Assembly: GCA_046348605.1 (NCBI GenBank)
Contig: JAXMDW010000001.1
Location: forward strand, 712,739-776,738
Source of the DNA: Sphingomonadaceae bacterium
Lineage (GTDB): Bacteria; Pseudomonadota; Alphaproteobacteria; Sphingomonadales; Sphingomonadaceae
DNA: 64,000 bases
Direction: 5' to 3'
Shown: piece after piece, positions 29,958-41,707 of the stretch
Position numbering within the stretch: the stretch's first letter is position 1
How the letters are laid out: each line of letters begins with the position of its first letter
Notes under the pieces: model-generated
What the model saw: only the letters and a program-made list of their open reading frames with translations
What the model was told of the DNA's origin: nothing
The model's database searches: none
Made by a program: the position numbers and the translations under genes

Positions 29958-30719
29958 TTACGCTTCGGCGGCGACGGCTTCCTCAGCCGGCGGCTCGGCG
30001 AGCGCGCCGATGTCAACGCCAGAGGCTTCCTGCGCACCGCGGTTGCCCTTGGTGGCGGCGGCTGCAATCGCGTCGCAATAGAGGCGGATCGCGCGGCTGG
30101 CGTCGTCATTCGCCGGAACCGGGAACGCAATGCCATCGGGCGAGACGTTCGAATCGAGGATCGCAACGACCGGGATACCCAGCGTGTTGGCTTCCTTGAT
30201 CGCCAGCTCTTCCTTGTTCGCGTCAATCACGAACATCACGTCCGGGATGCCGCCCATCTCGCGGATGCCGCCAAGGCTCAGTTCCAGCTTGTCGCGCTCG
30301 CGCGTCATCTGGAGCACTTCCTTCTTGGTGAGGCCGTGCGTGTCGCCAGAGAGGCGCTCTTCGATGGTCTTCAGGCGCTTGATCGAGCCAGAAATGGTCT
30401 TCCAGTTGGTGAGCATGCCGCCCAGCCAGCGGTGGTTGACGAAATGCTGGCCGGACTTGCGCGCGCCTTCCGCGATCGCTTCCGCTGCCTGACGCTTGGT
30501 GCCAACGAACAGCACCTTGCCGCCTGCCGCCACAGTGGCGGAGACGAAATCCAGCGCGCGCGCAAACAGCGGCACAGTCTGGGAAAGGTCGAGGATGTGA
30601 ACGCCGTTCCGCTCGCCGAAGATATAGGGCTTCATGCGGGGGTTCCAGCGGTGGGTCTGGTGGCCGAAATGCGCGCCGGCCTCGATCAATTGCTGTATGG
30701 TGACGACAGGTGCCGCCAT
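29958..30719 (-). CDS. rpsB: 30S ribosomal protein S2
   Basis: [28 protein letters not shown]. Confidence 0.98.
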   Translation of the reverse strand: MAAPVVTIQQLIEAGAHFGHQTHRWNPRMKPYIFGERNGVHILDLSQTVPLFARALDFVSATVAAGGKVLFVGTKRQAAEAIAEGARKSGQHFVNHRWLGGMLTNWKTISGSIKRLKTIEERLSGDTHGLTKKEVLQMTRERDKLELSLGGIREMGGIPDVMFVIDANKEELAIKEANTLGIPVVAILDSNVSPDGIAFPVPANDDASRAIRLYCDAIAAAATKGNRGAQEASGVDIGALAEPPAEEAVAAEA

Positions 30720-30721
30720 GG

Positions 30722-30805
30722 TCTTTCTCCTTCCGGTTTTACCTCTGGGATTCAGTAACCGCGTCTTTCAGACCCGGCACCGGTATGTGCGAATCCCATG
30801 TGGAA
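30722..30805 (-). promoter_or_regulatory. rpsB 5' leader, probable S2 autoregulatory RNA structure
   Basis: GGGATTC/GAATCCC long-range stem (30747-30753 with 30791-30797) upstream of the GGAG RBS. Structured rpsB leaders are established in proteobacteria. Confidence 0.55.
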
Positions 30806-30855
30806 TGCGGCGCCATTAGTCGGACAATGGCAGGATTGCAAGGCAAAATAGGCTG

Positions 30856-30890
30856 TTGACAGTCGCTCAATATGAGAACATATAGTGAAC
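30856..30890 (+). promoter_or_regulatory. Sigma70-type promoter overlapped by a LexA box
   Basis: TTGACA at 30856-30861; GAAC-ATATAGT-GAAC at 30876-30890 covers the -10 region. Confidence 0.8.
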
Positions 30891-30949
30891 ATGGAACCAA
30901 TCGACACAGATATGCGTTGAGCGGACACTGTTATTCCAAGGTGGTGGCA

Positions 30950-31189
30950 ATGATGACGGTATTGGCGATACTCTTCCCTCTGGCTCTGGTGATGGCGCTT
31001 GGCACGATCGCCCTGATGCTGAAAACGCATGGCGGCAAAATGATGGCCGCGCTGCGGATGGAGCCCTATTCTCCACGCACTGCCTCGCCCCATCCGCCAG
31101 TTGGTGAGCGCGCGAGCGAGATTCGGCTTGGTTCAGTCCGTTCCGGTTCGCATCCGGCGGTTAGGCAAAAAGCTCTCCTTGCGGCCTGA
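30950..31189 (+). CDS. Small single-pass membrane protein, probably SOS-regulated
   Basis: 79 aa; N-terminal hydrophobic helix VLAILFPLALVMALGTIALML then a basic tail; AAGGTGG RBS; promoter and LexA box upstream. Confidence 0.7.
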   Translation: MMTVLAILFPLALVMALGTIALMLKTHGGKMMAALRMEPYSPRTASPHPPVGERASEIRLGSVRSGSHPAVRQKALLAA

Positions 31190-31198
31190 CGCAGAATT

Positions 31199-31990
31199 TC
31201 AGCTAACCGCACTGCCCGATGATGCGCTCTTCCGGGCCTTGCGCACCTTGCGATAGCTCATCACGCTAAACGGAATCATCACAAGGTAGAGCGCGGAAAT
31301 CGCCAGCAGCGTCAACCAAGGGTCGATCAAAAGCAGCGCCGCCATCAGCCCCGCAAGGCCGATCACTTCAAGCCTGACATGCCGACGCAGCCTCAGCGCC
31401 GACCAGCTGAAAGTCGCGAGGCTGGAAATCATCAGGAACGCGACGAACGCCGTCCACGGCGCGACCACAACCCAGCTCTGGAAAATCGGGTCGCCCGTGA
31501 TGAACCAGCAGTACAGCGGCACGAACACCAGCCCCGCCCCTGTAGGCGCAGGAACGCCGGTCATGAACCCGGCGGATTTATGCGGCTGATGTTCCATGTC
31601 GATCCGCGCATTGAACCGCGCCAGACGAAGCGCGCACATCAGCGCATGCGCCAGTGCGAATATCCAGCCGAACTTCGGCATATGTTGCAATGACCAGAGA
31701 TAGACAATCAGCGCAGGCGAAACGCCAAAGGCTATGCTGTCCGAGAGCGAATCCAGCTCCGCACCGAAGCGGCTCTGCCCATTGAGCAACCGCGCGATAC
31801 GACCATCCAGCCCATCGAGCACTCCGGCGAGGATCACGCTTCCCACCGCCAGCTCCCATTTCCCGAGCATCGCGAAGCGCACGCCGGTCAGCCCGAAGCA
31901 CAGCGCCATTGCCGTCACCGCATTGGGCGCGACCTGCCGCAGCGATATGCCGCGCCGCAATCCTTTCGGTATGGCGCGGGGTGGCTTCAC
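31199..31990 (-). CDS. pssA: CDP-diacylglycerol--serine O-phosphatidyltransferase
   Basis: DGLDGRIAR...[19 protein letters not shown]; adjacent to psd. Confidence 0.93.
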   Translation of the reverse strand: MKPPRAIPKGLRRGISLRQVAPNAVTAMALCFGLTGVRFAMLGKWELAVGSVILAGVLDGLDGRIARLLNGQSRFGAELDSLSDSIAFGVSPALIVYLWSLQHMPKFGWIFALAHALMCALRLARFNARIDMEHQPHKSAGFMTGVPAPTGAGLVFVPLYCWFITGDPIFQSWVVVAPWTAFVAFLMISSLATFSWSALRLRRHVRLEVIGLAGLMAALLLIDPWLTLLAISALYLVMIPFSVMSYRKVRKARKSASSGSAVS

Positions 31991-32742
31991 TGAAATACCC
32001 CGCTCAAGGTTTCGCTTTCGCCCAGTTTCGCGATCACAGTCTCGCCCGCTACAGTGCGCTGGCCCAAAATCACGCGCGGCGCGGTGCCTTCTGGCAGATA
32101 AATATCCACCCGGCTGCCGAAACGGATAAGCCCGATGCGCTGCCCCGCCGCCACAATATCACCTGGCTTCACAAACGGCACGATCCGCCGCGCCACCAGC
32201 CCCGCAATCTGTGTAAAACCGATCCGCAAACCATCCGCTCGCTCTACCACGATATGCTGGCGCTCATTGTCCTCGCTCGCCTTATCGAGATCGGCGTTGA
32301 TGAACTTGCCGGAAATATAGACCACCTGCCGGATCGTGCCGGCAATCGGCGTGCGGTTGATATGAACATCAAACACACTCATGAAGATCGACACACGCGT
32401 CATCAGCCCCGTGCCAATGCCTTCATCACCCGCTATCTCGCGCGGTGGAGGCACGCGCTGAATGAGCGTGATAAGGCCGTCCGCGGGCGCGATCAGCAAA
32501 TCTTGCCCCTGCGGCGTCGCGCGCACCGGATCACGGAAAAACGCGAACACCCAGATCGACACGCCCGCCATCAGCCATGCCAGCGGCTTCCAGCCCAGCA
32601 CCCAGAAAAACAGCGTGATGCCGATCGCGATAGCGCCAAATTTGCGCCCCTCAGGATGGATTGCGGGAAAGCGCCATTTGACGCCGGATTGCGAGTCGCC
32701 CGCCTGCGGGCCACCACTTGATGCACTGTTTTCAGGTTCCAT
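31987..32742 (-). CDS. psd: Phosphatidylserine decarboxylase
   Basis: [24 protein letters not shown] self-cleavage motif. Confidence 0.95.
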   Translation of the reverse strand: MEPENSASSGGPQAGDSQSGVKWRFPAIHPEGRKFGAIAIGITLFFWVLGWKPLAWLMAGVSIWVFAFFRDPVRATPQGQDLLIAPADGLITLIQRVPPPREIAGDEGIGTGLMTRVSIFMSVFDVHINRTPIAGTIRQVVYISGKFINADLDKASEDNERQHIVVERADGLRIGFTQIAGLVARRIVPFVKPGDIVAAGQRIGLIRFGSRVDIYLPEGTAPRVILGQRTVAGETVIAKLGESETLSGVFQ

Positions 32743-32914
32743 CGCCCCTGTTTAGGCATGGAATGGCGCCAACACAACGGCACATGATGAGAAGCGAATG
32801 ACATTTCCCTGCGATTGACGCGTATATAATGTGATGGGATGTTGAAACTTTGGCCCGCTTTCCCTAGAGCGCAGCCATCCTCCCCATCCCGAGACAGGAA
32901 AGCGGAACAGCGTC

Positions 32915-34135
32915 ATGGCAAAGATAAAAGTCAAAAACCCGGTCGTCGAAATCGACGGCGACGAAATGACCCGGATCATCTGGGAATGGATCCGCGAGCG
33001 CCTCATCAAGCCCTATCTCGATATCGACCTGCATTATTATGACCTCGGCGTCGAGGAGCGTGACCGCACCGAGGACAAGGTGACGGTCGACTCGGCCAAC
33101 GCGATCAAGAAATATGGCGTCGGCGTCAAATGCGCGACCATCACGCCGGACGAAGCCCGCGTCGAGGAATTCAACCTCAAGAAGATGTGGAAGTCGCCCA
33201 ACGGCACCATCCGCAACATCCTCGGCGGCGTCGTCTTCCGCGAGCCGATCGTGATCCGCAACGTGCCGCGCCTCATCCCCGGCTGGACCGACCCGATCGT
33301 CGTCGGCCGTCACGCTTTCGGCGACCAGTATAAGGCGACGGATTTCCGCGTCCCCGGCCCCGGCAAGCTGCGCCTCGTGTTCGAAGGCGAGGACGGCACC
33401 GTGATAGACGAGGAAGTGTTCCAGTTCCCCGGCTCCGGCGTCGCGATGGGCATGTACAACCTCGATGAATCGATAAAGGATTTCGCGCGCGCATCGATGA
33501 ACTATGGCCTCGGCCGCGGATGGCCGGTGTATCTTTCGACCAAGAACACTATCCTCAAGGCCTATGATGGCCGCTTCAAGGATCTGTTCGCGGAAGTGTA
33601 TGACGCCGAGTTCGCCGACAAGTTCAAGGCCGCCGGCATCGTCTACGAGCACCGCCTGATCGACGATATGGTCGCATCGGCATTGAAATGGAGCGGCAAG
33701 TTCGTATGGGCGTGCAAGAATTATGACGGCGACGTGCAGTCCGATCAGGTCGCTCAGGGCTTCGGCTCACTGGGCCTCATGACCTCGGTGTTAATGACGC
33801 CCGATGGCAAGACCGTCGAGGCCGAAGCAGCCCACGGCACCGTCACTCGCCACTATCGCCAGCATCAGCAGGGCAAGGCGACCTCAACCAACCCGATCGC
33901 CTCGATTTTCGCGTGGACGCAGGGTCTCGTCTATCGTGGCAAGTTTGACGACACCCCGGACGTCACCCGCTTTGCCGAGACGCTGGAGAAGGTCTGCATC
34001 AAGACGGTCGAGAACGGCGCGATGACCAAGGACCTCGCGCTCCTCATCGGCCCGGAGCAGAGCTGGATGACGACGGAGCAGTTCTTCGAGGCGATCCGCG
34101 CCAATCTCGAGACGGCGATGGGCGATTGGAAATAA
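32915..34135 (+). CDS. icd: NADP-dependent isocitrate dehydrogenase
   Basis: [41 protein letters not shown]. Confidence 0.98.
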   Translation: MAKIKVKNPVVEIDGDEMTRIIWEWIRERLIKPYLDIDLHYYDLGVEERDRTEDKVTVDSANAIKKYGVGVKCATITPDEARVEEFNLKKMWKSPNGTIRNILGGVVFREPIVIRNVPRLIPGWTDPIVVGRHAFGDQYKATDFRVPGPGKLRLVFEGEDGTVIDEEVFQFPGSGVAMGMYNLDESIKDFARASMNYGLGRGWPVYLSTKNTILKAYDGRFKDLFAEVYDAEFADKFKAAGIVYEHRLIDDMVASALKWSGKFVWACKNYDGDVQSDQVAQGFGSLGLMTSVLMTPDGKTVEAEAAHGTVTRHYRQHQQGKATSTNPIASIFAWTQGLVYRGKFDDTPDVTRFAETLEKVCIKTVENGAMTKDLALLIGPEQSWMTTEQFFEAIRANLETAMGDWK

Positions 34136-34169
34136 CGCAGAGCGGGTTTCTCCCCCTCTAAATGCCATT

Positions 34170-34208
34170 GACGCCCGCGCCCCTCCCGGCGCGGGCGTTG
34201 TCATTTTC
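34170..34208 (+). terminator. Rho-independent terminator of icd
   Basis: 11-bp stem ACGCCCGCGCC/GGCGCGGGCGT followed by TGTCATTTT. Confidence 0.75.
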
Positions 34209-34266
34209 AGATGTTTTTCCATTTGTCCGATGACAGCCACGCCCGCGCCTGCTTTATAGTGAGGAC

Positions 34267-36054
34267 ATGTCCCCCGAGATTCACAGCAGCAGCGGCCTGA
34301 GCGATACGCTCGTCATTCTGGGCGCTGCGGGCATCGTCATCCCGACGTTCGCGCGCTTCCGCATCAGCCCGGTCATCGGCTTCATCCTCGCGGGCATTAT
34401 CGTCGGCCCATCGGGACTTGGCGCGATGACGAAGGATTTCCCCTGGCTCGAATATGCCACCATCTCCCGCCCTGAGGCCATCGCGCCCTTCGCGGAGTTG
34501 GGCATCATTCTGCTGCTCTTTTCCATCGGGCTGGAGCTGAGCTTCAAGCGATTATGGTCGATGCGCAGGCTGGTGTTCGGCGTCGGCGCGATGGAACTGG
34601 GCGGCTCTGCCATCCTGATCGCTATCATACTCTACCTGATGGGCAACCATAGCGCGGCGGCCATTGGTCTTGGGCTAGCGCTGGCGCTTTCCTCTACAGC
34701 ACTGGTGCTGCCGATGGTCGGCACCAAAGGCCCGGTGGGCAGCGCGGCATTCTCGATGTTGCTGTTCGAGGATCTGGCGCTAGTGCCGATCATCTTCCTG
34801 TTGGGCGCGATCGGGCCTAGCGACGGCGGCGACAATCTTTCGCACCTAATGAGTACGCTCGTCACCGGCGGCATCACGGTCGCGGCGATATTGCTCGCGG
34901 GGCCGTTCATCCTGCCGCGCATCTTCGCGCAGGCTGCCCGCACCAAAAGCCCGGAAGTGTTCCTCGCTGCAAGCCTACTCGTCGTTATCATGGCGAGCCT
35001 GACGACCGCGTTGACTGGTTTGTCGCCCATAGTCGGCGCGCTGCTCGCCGGGCTGCTGATCGCCGAAACCGATTATCATGGCGAGGTCGAATCGATCACC
35101 GCCCCGTTCCGCGGCCTCGCGCTGGGCGTGTTCCTGCTCACCGTGGGCATGAGCCTCGACCTCAAGTTCATCGCCGAGCAATGGACATCCTTGCTGCTCG
35201 CCATCTGCGGCGTCGTCATAATCAAGACGCTGGTGACGGCCTTCCTGCTGCGCCTCTATGGCGCGCGGCGTAGCGTCGCGGCTGAAGTCGGCATATTGAT
35301 GTCCAGCCCGTCGGAAACGACGCTCATCGTTCTCGCCACCGCGTCCGCTGCCCAGATCATCAATGAATATGCGGCGATGTTCTGGCAAATCGCGACCGCT
35401 ATCGGCCTGACGCTGACGCCTCTGCTCGCGCGCCTTGGGCATGACCTCGCCCGCCGGATAGATCAGCGCACGCATTTTCAGGAACCGGACACCCCGAAGC
35501 ATGAGGAGCCGGACGCGCAACTACGCACGGTCGTTCTCGGCTTTGGGCGCGTGGGCCGCATGGTCTGTGATCTGTTGCGCAATCACAATCAGCCCTATGT
35601 CGCTATCGACTCCGATCCCGACATAGTGATTGAGGGGCGCAAGGACGGCTATGCGATCCGCTTCGGTAATGTCACCCGCCCGCAGACGCTCGAGCATCTG
35701 GCGCTCGAAAAAGCGAAGGTGCTGGTGTTGACGATGGATGACCCAGTGCTGTGCATCAAGATCACGCGGTCGGTGCGCACAACCTACCCCGATCTGCCGA
35801 TCATTGCCCGCGCCCGCGATGCCGATCACGCGACGCAGCTCTACAAGGCTGGCGCCAGCGAGGCCGTCCCCGAGACACTGGAAAGCTCGCTTCAACTCGC
35901 AGAGACCGCGCTCATAGAGCTGGGTGTCGCAATGGGGCCGGTGATCGCCTCAATCCATCAACAGCGCGAAGACCTGCGCCAGGGTATCAAGCATACAGCA
36001 AGGCTCGATCATGTACCCCGCCTTCGCCGGTTGCGTGCCGAAGATACCCAATAA
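34267..36054 (+). CDS. KefB/KefC-like CPA2 cation:proton antiporter with TrkA-N domain
   Basis: Many TM segments, LFSIGLELS, LSSTA, LLFEDL, GFGRVG, IARARD. Confidence 0.88.
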   Translation: MSPEIHSSSGLSDTLVILGAAGIVIPTFARFRISPVIGFILAGIIVGPSGLGAMTKDFPWLEYATISRPEAIAPFAELGIILLLFSIGLELSFKRLWSMRRLVFGVGAMELGGSAILIAIILYLMGNHSAAAIGLGLALALSSTALVLPMVGTKGPVGSAAFSMLLFEDLALVPIIFLLGAIGPSDGGDNLSHLMSTLVTGGITVAAILLAGPFILPRIFAQAARTKSPEVFLAASLLVVIMASLTTALTGLSPIVGALLAGLLIAETDYHGEVESITAPFRGLALGVFLLTVGMSLDLKFIAEQWTSLLLAICGVVIIKTLVTAFLLRLYGARRSVAAEVGILMSSPSETTLIVLATASAAQIINEYAAMFWQIATAIGLTLTPLLARLGHDLARRIDQRTHFQEPDTPKHEEPDAQLRTVVLGFGRVGRMVCDLLRNHNQPYVAIDSDPDIVIEGRKDGYAIRFGNVTRPQTLEHLALEKAKVLVLTMDDPVLCIKITRSVRTTYPDLPIIARARDADHATQLYKAGASEAVPETLESSLQLAETALIELGVAMGPVIASIHQQREDLRQGIKHTARLDHVPRLRRLRAEDTQ

Positions 36055-36060
36055 TCGACC

Positions 36061-37083
36061 ATGAGCGCCACAGAATCTTCCGCATTATTCTTTTCGGATA
36101 ACGCCGCACGCGTCTGCCCCGAAGTCATGGCCGCGCTGATCCGTGCCGATCAGGTCGATATCGGTTATGACGGTGACTCGCTCAGCAAGGCATTGGATGC
36201 AGCCTTCAGCACTGTGTTCGAGCGCGATGTCGCGGTGCTCTGGCTATCGACAGGGACAGCGGCGAACGCCATCGCACTCGCCACATTATGCCCACCTTAC
36301 GGCGCCATAATATGCCATGAGAACGCACATATCCAGAATGACGAGTGCGGCGCGCCCGAATTCTACACACATGGCGCGAAGTTGCTTCTCGCTTCCGGCG
36401 AAGGCGGCAAGGTCACGCCCGAGGCTGTGCGGTCCATCATCTTGGGCATACGACCTGACGTGCACCGGGCACAGCCGCATACACTCTCTATCACTAACAC
36501 GACCGAACTTGGGCTGGTCTATCGCCCGAACGAGGTGGCCGCGCTGGGCGCGATCGCGCGTGAAGCCAGCCTCAGTTTTCATATGGATGGTGCGCGCTTT
36601 GCGAATGCCGTCGCCCATCTTGGCTGCGCGCCCGCAGACCTTACATGGCGAGCCGGCGTCGATGTCCTGAGTTTCGGTTTCGTCAAAAATGGCGGAATGT
36701 CGGCCGAGGCACTGGTATTCTTCGATTCCAAACGGGCGGAGGAAGCTCGCATTCGACGCAAACGTGGCGGGCATCTTCTCTCCAAAGGCCGCTACTGCGC
36801 TGCGCAGCTTCTTGCGATGATCGAGGACGATATCTGGCTTCGCAACGCGCGCGCCGCCAATGCGGGAGCGAGTAAGATAGCGCAGGCAGCTGGCGAGCGA
36901 GTAATCTACCCTGTCGAGGCCAACGAAATATTCGTCCGCCTTCGACCAGAGGAAGCAGCCATACTGCGCTCGCAAGGCTTCGGTTTTTACGATTGGGGCG
37001 AAGGCGCAGCCCGCTTCGTGGTTTCATGGGATCAGAGCGAGGATACACTGACCCGTCTCACGGAGGCTCTGGAAGCGCTTTAG
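36061..37083 (+). CDS. ltaE: Low-specificity L-threonine aldolase
   Basis: FFSDN, TGTAAN, DECGAPEF, HMDGARFANA, SFGFVKNG, SKGR. Confidence 0.88.
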   Translation: MSATESSALFFSDNAARVCPEVMAALIRADQVDIGYDGDSLSKALDAAFSTVFERDVAVLWLSTGTAANAIALATLCPPYGAIICHENAHIQNDECGAPEFYTHGAKLLLASGEGGKVTPEAVRSIILGIRPDVHRAQPHTLSITNTTELGLVYRPNEVAALGAIAREASLSFHMDGARFANAVAHLGCAPADLTWRAGVDVLSFGFVKNGGMSAEALVFFDSKRAEEARIRRKRGGHLLSKGRYCAAQLLAMIEDDIWLRNARAANAGASKIAQAAGERVIYPVEANEIFVRLRPEEAAILRSQGFGFYDWGEGAARFVVSWDQSEDTLTRLTEALEAL

Positions 37084-37472
37084 CGCCTTGCACGCGCCAT
37101 CGTAATGCCGATGGATTCCCCACGCTCGGACAAAGCGAGCTTCACGATCTTCACACTCACGTGCCTTACCTTGTCGTCCTGCAGGAAAACGGTGTCGATG
37201 ATATGATCGGCTACCGCCTCGATGAGCTTGAAATGCCGGTCCTTTGGCAGCGCGTCAGTAGCAGCATGCTTCAGATCCATATAGTTTTTGGAGTGAGATA
37301 ACGGCGTATCCGGCTCATAATGATCTTCCTGCGCGATGAGCGCGCGCACGGAAATCTTGAGCGGTTGGGGCAGGTGCGTTTCCTCGGAATAGATGCCGGT
37401 CAGGATGTCGACATGCAAATCCTCGACCTCAAGCGCCAGAAAATCACCATTTTGACTGCCAAAATCCGTCAT
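37080..37472 (-). CDS. folB: Dihydroneopterin aldolase
   Basis: GIYSEE...QPL, NYM, LIEAVA, VKIVK; start near ATG 37472. Confidence 0.8.
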   Translation of the reverse strand: MTDFGSQNGDFLALEVEDLHVDILTGIYSEETHLPQPLKISVRALIAQEDHYEPDTPLSHSKNYMDLKHAATDALPKDRHFKLIEAVADHIIDTVFLQDDKVRHVSVKIVKLALSERGESIGITMARARR

Positions 37473-37585
37473 TCGCTTCATATCCCTGTGCGTCGAGACG
37501 CAAATTTTTCTTCCAATTTGACCGGCGCACGCTAAAGGCGCGGCTCTCGGGGCGCTCATGCCCGTTTACATTCAGAACAGCAAGT

Positions 37586-38104
37586 GTGACGACCCTTTCC
37601 CCCCTCGAAACCCAGAGCGATGCTGCAATCGAAGCCCTGCTCGACGCTGCCTTTGGCACGGACCGGCATGGCCGCACAGCCTACGCCATCCGCACGGGCA
37701 TGCGCTGGTTGCCGGACTTAAGCTATGCGCTGACCAACGAGGCGGGCGATTTTGTCGGCCTGCTCCAGAGCTGGCCGGTCGCGCTGGCAGGTGATGATGG
37801 TAGGGAAACACCGCTCGTCATGGTCGGGCCGGTTGCCGTGTTGCCGGCTCGGCAGGGCGAAGGCTATGGGCGGATGCTGATGGATCGCCTGATCGTGGAT
37901 GCCGACGCCCACGCAGACGCACCGCTGATGATGATCGGTGACCCGGAATATTATGGCCGGTTCTGGGGGTTCAGCGCGGACGCCACCGCAGAATGGCGCG
38001 CGCCGGGGCCGGTCGAACAGCGCCGCCTGCTTGCGCGCAATGTGCCTTGTGCGCCGCCCCTGCCCGCACTCAGCGGAATGCTGGGGCCAAGACAAACTTT
38101 CTAG
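37586..38104 (+). CDS. GNAT family N-acetyltransferase (YhbS-like)
   Basis: GPVAV.P.RQGEGYG, IGDPEYYGRF.GF. Confidence 0.88.
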   Translation: MTTLSPLETQSDAAIEALLDAAFGTDRHGRTAYAIRTGMRWLPDLSYALTNEAGDFVGLLQSWPVALAGDDGRETPLVMVGPVAVLPARQGEGYGRMLMDRLIVDADAHADAPLMMIGDPEYYGRFWGFSADATAEWRAPGPVEQRRLLARNVPCAPPLPALSGMLGPRQTF

Positions 38105-38242
38105 GAAGTTCGATATTTCGTTCAGGCTGGAGCGAAAAGGCCGATTTTCGAGCATCGGAGCACAGCGTACTTAAATGTACGTGAGCACCGAAGCACAGAA
38201 AATAGGGCTTTGCAGCCCTGCATGGGCGGGATATCGAACTTC

Positions 38243-40966
38243 CTAGCTTAACGCGCCGTGACAGTGCTTGTAGCGCTTGCCGGATCCGCACGGGCATTCG
38301 GCATTGCGGCTGAGGCCCATGTCGGCATAGGGATCGCCTGATCCCACTGCCGCGCCAGCGCCCGCAGCAATGCCCGGTATGCGCGTCGTGACGAAGCCGT
38401 TTTCATCAACGCCACCGCTCTCACCCGCACCATAATTGGTGATGAAGTCCGGCAATGTCGGCAATTCCGGCATTTGCGGCGCCTGCTCGAACTGGAACTG
38501 AACGCGGCCAATCGTCTGCGTCACATCGTCACGAATGTTGCCCAGCATCCGCTCGAACAGCGAGAATGCCTCGTGCTTATATTCATTGATTGGCGTTTTC
38601 TGGGCATAGGCGCGCAGGTGCACCACCTGACGTAATGCGTCGAGCGTCGCGAGATGTTCTTTCCAGTGGTGGTCGAGGTTCTGCAAGAGGATACTCTTCT
38701 CGATGCCGTGCCAGCTGTCCGCATCAATCGCCGCAGCCTTCTCCTCCACTGCCTTGTCGGCAAGCGCGATGAGCCGCTCCTCGATGATTTCCGGCGCGAC
38801 CGTGTCTTCCTGCAACCACGCATCGATGTCCGGCTCGAGGCTCAGCACCTCGCGCACGCGCTCCTTCAGCCCGTCGATATGCCATTGCTCAGGGTAAGTT
38901 CCCGGCGGGCAGTGCGCGCCGACGATGTCGTTCACCGTCTCATGACGCATGTCAGTCACGACATCATTCACGGTTTCCGCATCCATGATGTCGCCGCGCT
39001 GCTCGTAAATCACCTTGCGCTGGTCGTTCATCACGTCGTCATACTCAACGACCTGTTTGCGGATGTCGTAATTGCGCGCCTCGACCTTCTTCTGCGCGGT
39101 CTCGATCGCCTTCGACATCCATTTGGACGGCGGCAGCGCCTCGCCATCTTCGAGGCTGGAGCGCATCATGCGCGCGAACAACGTATCCGGCCCGAAGATA
39201 CGCAGCAGATCGTCATCGAGGCTTAGGTAAAAACGCGACAGGCCGGGGTCGCCCTGACGGCCCGAACGACCACGCAGCTGGTTGTCGATGCGGCGGCTCT
39301 CGTGCCGCTCCGTGCCGATGACGCAGAGGCCGCCAGCGTCTAGCACCTGGCGCTTCTCGGCGGCGATCTCGTCCTTGATCCGGGCGATGGCGGCATCACG
39401 CTCCGGCCCTTCTGCAACATCCTTCAGCTCATCTTCAACGCGGAACTCAAGGTTGCCGCCGAGCTGAATGTCCGTGCCGCGGCCCGCCATATTGGTTGCA
39501 ATGGTGACGGCGCCCAAGCGGCCCGCCTGCGCCACGATATGCGCCTCGCTCTCATGGAAGCGTGCATTCAACACGCTGTGCTTCACGCCTTCTTTCTCAA
39601 GGAACTCGGACAGCATTTCCGATTTCTCGATGCTCACCGTGCCGACGAGCACCGGCTGGCCCTTGGCCTGATGCTCGCGGATCGTGCGCGCGATGCCGGC
39701 GAACTTGTCCTCGATGCTCTTGTAGAACAGATCCTCATCGTCGATCCGCTGCACCGGCACGTTGGTGGGGATCGTCACCACGTTCATCTTGTAGATTTCG
39801 TGGAACTCGGTCGCTTCCGTCGCGGCGGTGCCGGTCATGCCCGAAAGCTTCGGATACATGCGGAAATAGTTCTGGAAGGTGATCGAGGCGAGCGTCTGGT
39901 TCTCCGGCTCGATGTTGACGCCTTCCTTGGCCTCGACCGCCTGATGCAGCCCGTCCGACCAGCGGCGCCCGTCCATCATGCGGCCGGTGAACTCGTCGAT
40001 GATGATGACCTTGCCGTCCTTCACGATGTAATCGATGTCGCGCTTGAACATCTTGTTGGCGCGCAGCGACTGGTTGACGTGGTGGACGACCTGCGTGTTC
40101 TCGAAATCATAGAGATTGCTGCCCTGAAGCAGCCCTGCCCCCTCTAGCAGTCGCTCGATATTTTCCGTGCCATCCTCGGTCAGCACGATGTTGCGCTGCT
40201 TCTCGTCCTTTTCGTAATCGTCGTCGGAGAGCTGCTTCACCAGCGCATCGACGGCAATGTACATCTCGGACTTGTCGTCGGTCGGGCCTGAAATGATGAG
40301 CGGCGTGCGCGCCTCATCGATCAGGATCGAATCCACCTCGTCAACAATCGCATAGTTGAACGGCCGCTGCACCATCTGCGCGCGCTCATATTTCATGTTG
40401 TCGCGTAAGTAATCGAAGCCCAGCTCGTTGTTGGTGGCGTAAGTAATGTCCGCCTCATAAGCCGCGCGGCGCTCATCTTCGCGCAGATTGGGGACGATCA
40501 CGCCAGTGGTGAGGCCGAGGAAGCGATAGATCTGCCCCATCCATTCGCAGTCGCGCTTGGCGAGATAGTCGTTCACGGTGACGACATGCACGCCCTTGCC
40601 TTCGAGCGCGTTGAGATACGTCGCGAGCGTCGCCACAAGCGTCTTACCCTCGCCGGTACGCATCTCCGCGATTTCGCCGCGATGGAGCACAATGCCGCCG
40701 ATCATCTGCACATCGAAATGCCGCATACCGAGCACGCGCTTACCCGCCTCGCGTACGGTCGCGAAGGCCTCGGGCAGCAGCGCATCGAGGCTCTCGCCTG
40801 CGCTCAAACGCTCCCGGAATTTGCGCGTCTGGTCGGTCAGTTCGTCGTCTGTAAGCGCCGAAATAGTAGGCTCGAAGGCCGCGATCTGGGCGACCGTCTT
40901 GCCAAGCGACTTCACATAACGATCATTGGACGAACCGAAGAGGGTTTTGGCGAGCGCGCCGAGCAT
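38243..40966 (-). CDS. secA: Preprotein translocase ATPase SecA
   Basis: [35 protein letters not shown] motif [13 protein letters not shown]; start at ATG 40966. Confidence 0.98.
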   Translation of the reverse strand: MLGALAKTLFGSSNDRYVKSLGKTVAQIAAFEPTISALTDDELTDQTRKFRERLSAGESLDALLPEAFATVREAGKRVLGMRHFDVQMIGGIVLHRGEIAEMRTGEGKTLVATLATYLNALEGKGVHVVTVNDYLAKRDCEWMGQIYRFLGLTTGVIVPNLREDERRAAYEADITYATNNELGFDYLRDNMKYERAQMVQRPFNYAIVDEVDSILIDEARTPLIISGPTDDKSEMYIAVDALVKQLSDDDYEKDEKQRNIVLTEDGTENIERLLEGAGLLQGSNLYDFENTQVVHHVNQSLRANKMFKRDIDYIVKDGKVIIIDEFTGRMMDGRRWSDGLHQAVEAKEGVNIEPENQTLASITFQNYFRMYPKLSGMTGTAATEATEFHEIYKMNVVTIPTNVPVQRIDDEDLFYKSIEDKFAGIARTIREHQAKGQPVLVGTVSIEKSEMLSEFLEKEGVKHSVLNARFHESEAHIVAQAGRLGAVTIATNMAGRGTDIQLGGNLEFRVEDELKDVAEGPERDAAIARIKDEIAAEKRQVLDAGGLCVIGTERHESRRIDNQLRGRSGRQGDPGLSRFYLSLDDDLLRIFGPDTLFARMMRSSLEDGEALPPSKWMSKAIETAQKKVEARNYDIRKQVVEYDDVMNDQRKVIYEQRGDIMDAETVNDVVTDMRHETVNDIVGAHCPPGTYPEQWHIDGLKERVREVLSLEPDIDAWLQEDTVAPEIIEERLIALADKAVEEKAAAIDADSWHGIEKSILLQNLDHHWKEHLATLDALRQVVHLRAYAQKTPINEYKHEAFSLFERMLGNIRDDVTQTIGRVQFQFEQAPQMPELPTLPDFITNYGAGESGGVDENGFVTTRIPGIAAGAGAAVGSGDPYADMGLSRNAECPCGSGKRYKHCHGALS

Positions 40967-41046
40967 GCAATGTTCCTGACTGATCCGGTGCGGAAGCCCC
41001 GGACGAGCCATGCGCACAAATACCGCCGCGATGTAGGGTTGAGGGG

Positions 41047-41056
41047 CCGCGAAGTC
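41047..41056 (+). repeat. 10-bp direct repeat, left copy (CCGCGAAGTC); right copy at 41728-41737
   Basis: Identical decamer on both sides of the AT-rich orphan gene. Confidence 0.5.
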
Positions 41057-41104
41057 AATTGAAGGCGGGTCTTATGGCGTGAGTTTGCGGAGAACGCGCT
41101 CAAG

Positions 41105-41707
41105 TCATCTTATACGGTCGAGATAAGTCAGAGCTTCCTGCGAGTTAACATACAACTCGTCTTCTTCGATCGGTCGTTTAGGATACCACATAATCCGAAT
41201 TTCGTGCTCAACGCTGAACCTCGTATCCTTAACAAAACAATCTGCTTCAAAATGCTCAGAATCGAGATCGACTGGCTCTTTGTATTGTACATAACCAACT
41301 TTTGCAGTGCCAAGCCTATCTGACGAACGTGCTATAGCATTTGCAAAACCCTGCACAGCCTTTACCCGAAAGGTTGCACCATAATCTGGATTTGCTTCAA
41401 AATTCGATTGGCTGGAGAAGCACATAATCCATGAATTTTCGCTGTGCTTTTCAAAACCACAATTTGAAAATAAAACTATACTGTTCGGGCTAAGGTTTAT
41501 TGCTTCTGATATATTTCCAAGCAACTTAGGCTTTGTGAAGCCGGGTTGAACCAAATAATCTTTCATTGCCGAGCGTCGAATACCTTCATCTTTATCTTGT
41601 AGCGGACCAATCTCAGCATCCCGCATAGCATAAAGGCTGCGTATTCTGAATGATCCAGCTTCAAGGAAATGCGCGTCCTCAGAACGCAAATGCTTATAGG
41701 CTATCAT
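41105..41707 (-). CDS. AT-rich hypothetical protein (DUF2971-like)
   Basis: About 200-codon ORF in a markedly AT-rich stretch; motifs YKH, CFS, V.Y and F.K...F..E.E.R. Probable start ATG 41707 (ORF extends to 41782). Confidence 0.7.
   Translation of the reverse strand: MIAYKHLRSEDAHFLEAGSFRIRSLYAMRDAEIGPLQDKDEGIRRSAMKDYLVQPGFTKPKLLGNISEAINLSPNSIVLFSNCGFEKHSENSWIMCFSSQSNFEANPDYGATFRVKAVQGFANAIARSSDRLGTAKVGYVQYKEPVDLDSEHFEADCFVKDTRFSVEHEIRIMWYPKRPIEEDELYVNSQEALTYLDRIR

Noticed and set aside
38105-38242. Intergenic region between the GNAT gene and the secA end with a short palindrome (CGTAC...GTACG)
   Set aside because: Too short and weak to call an ncRNA, terminator or mobile remnant.
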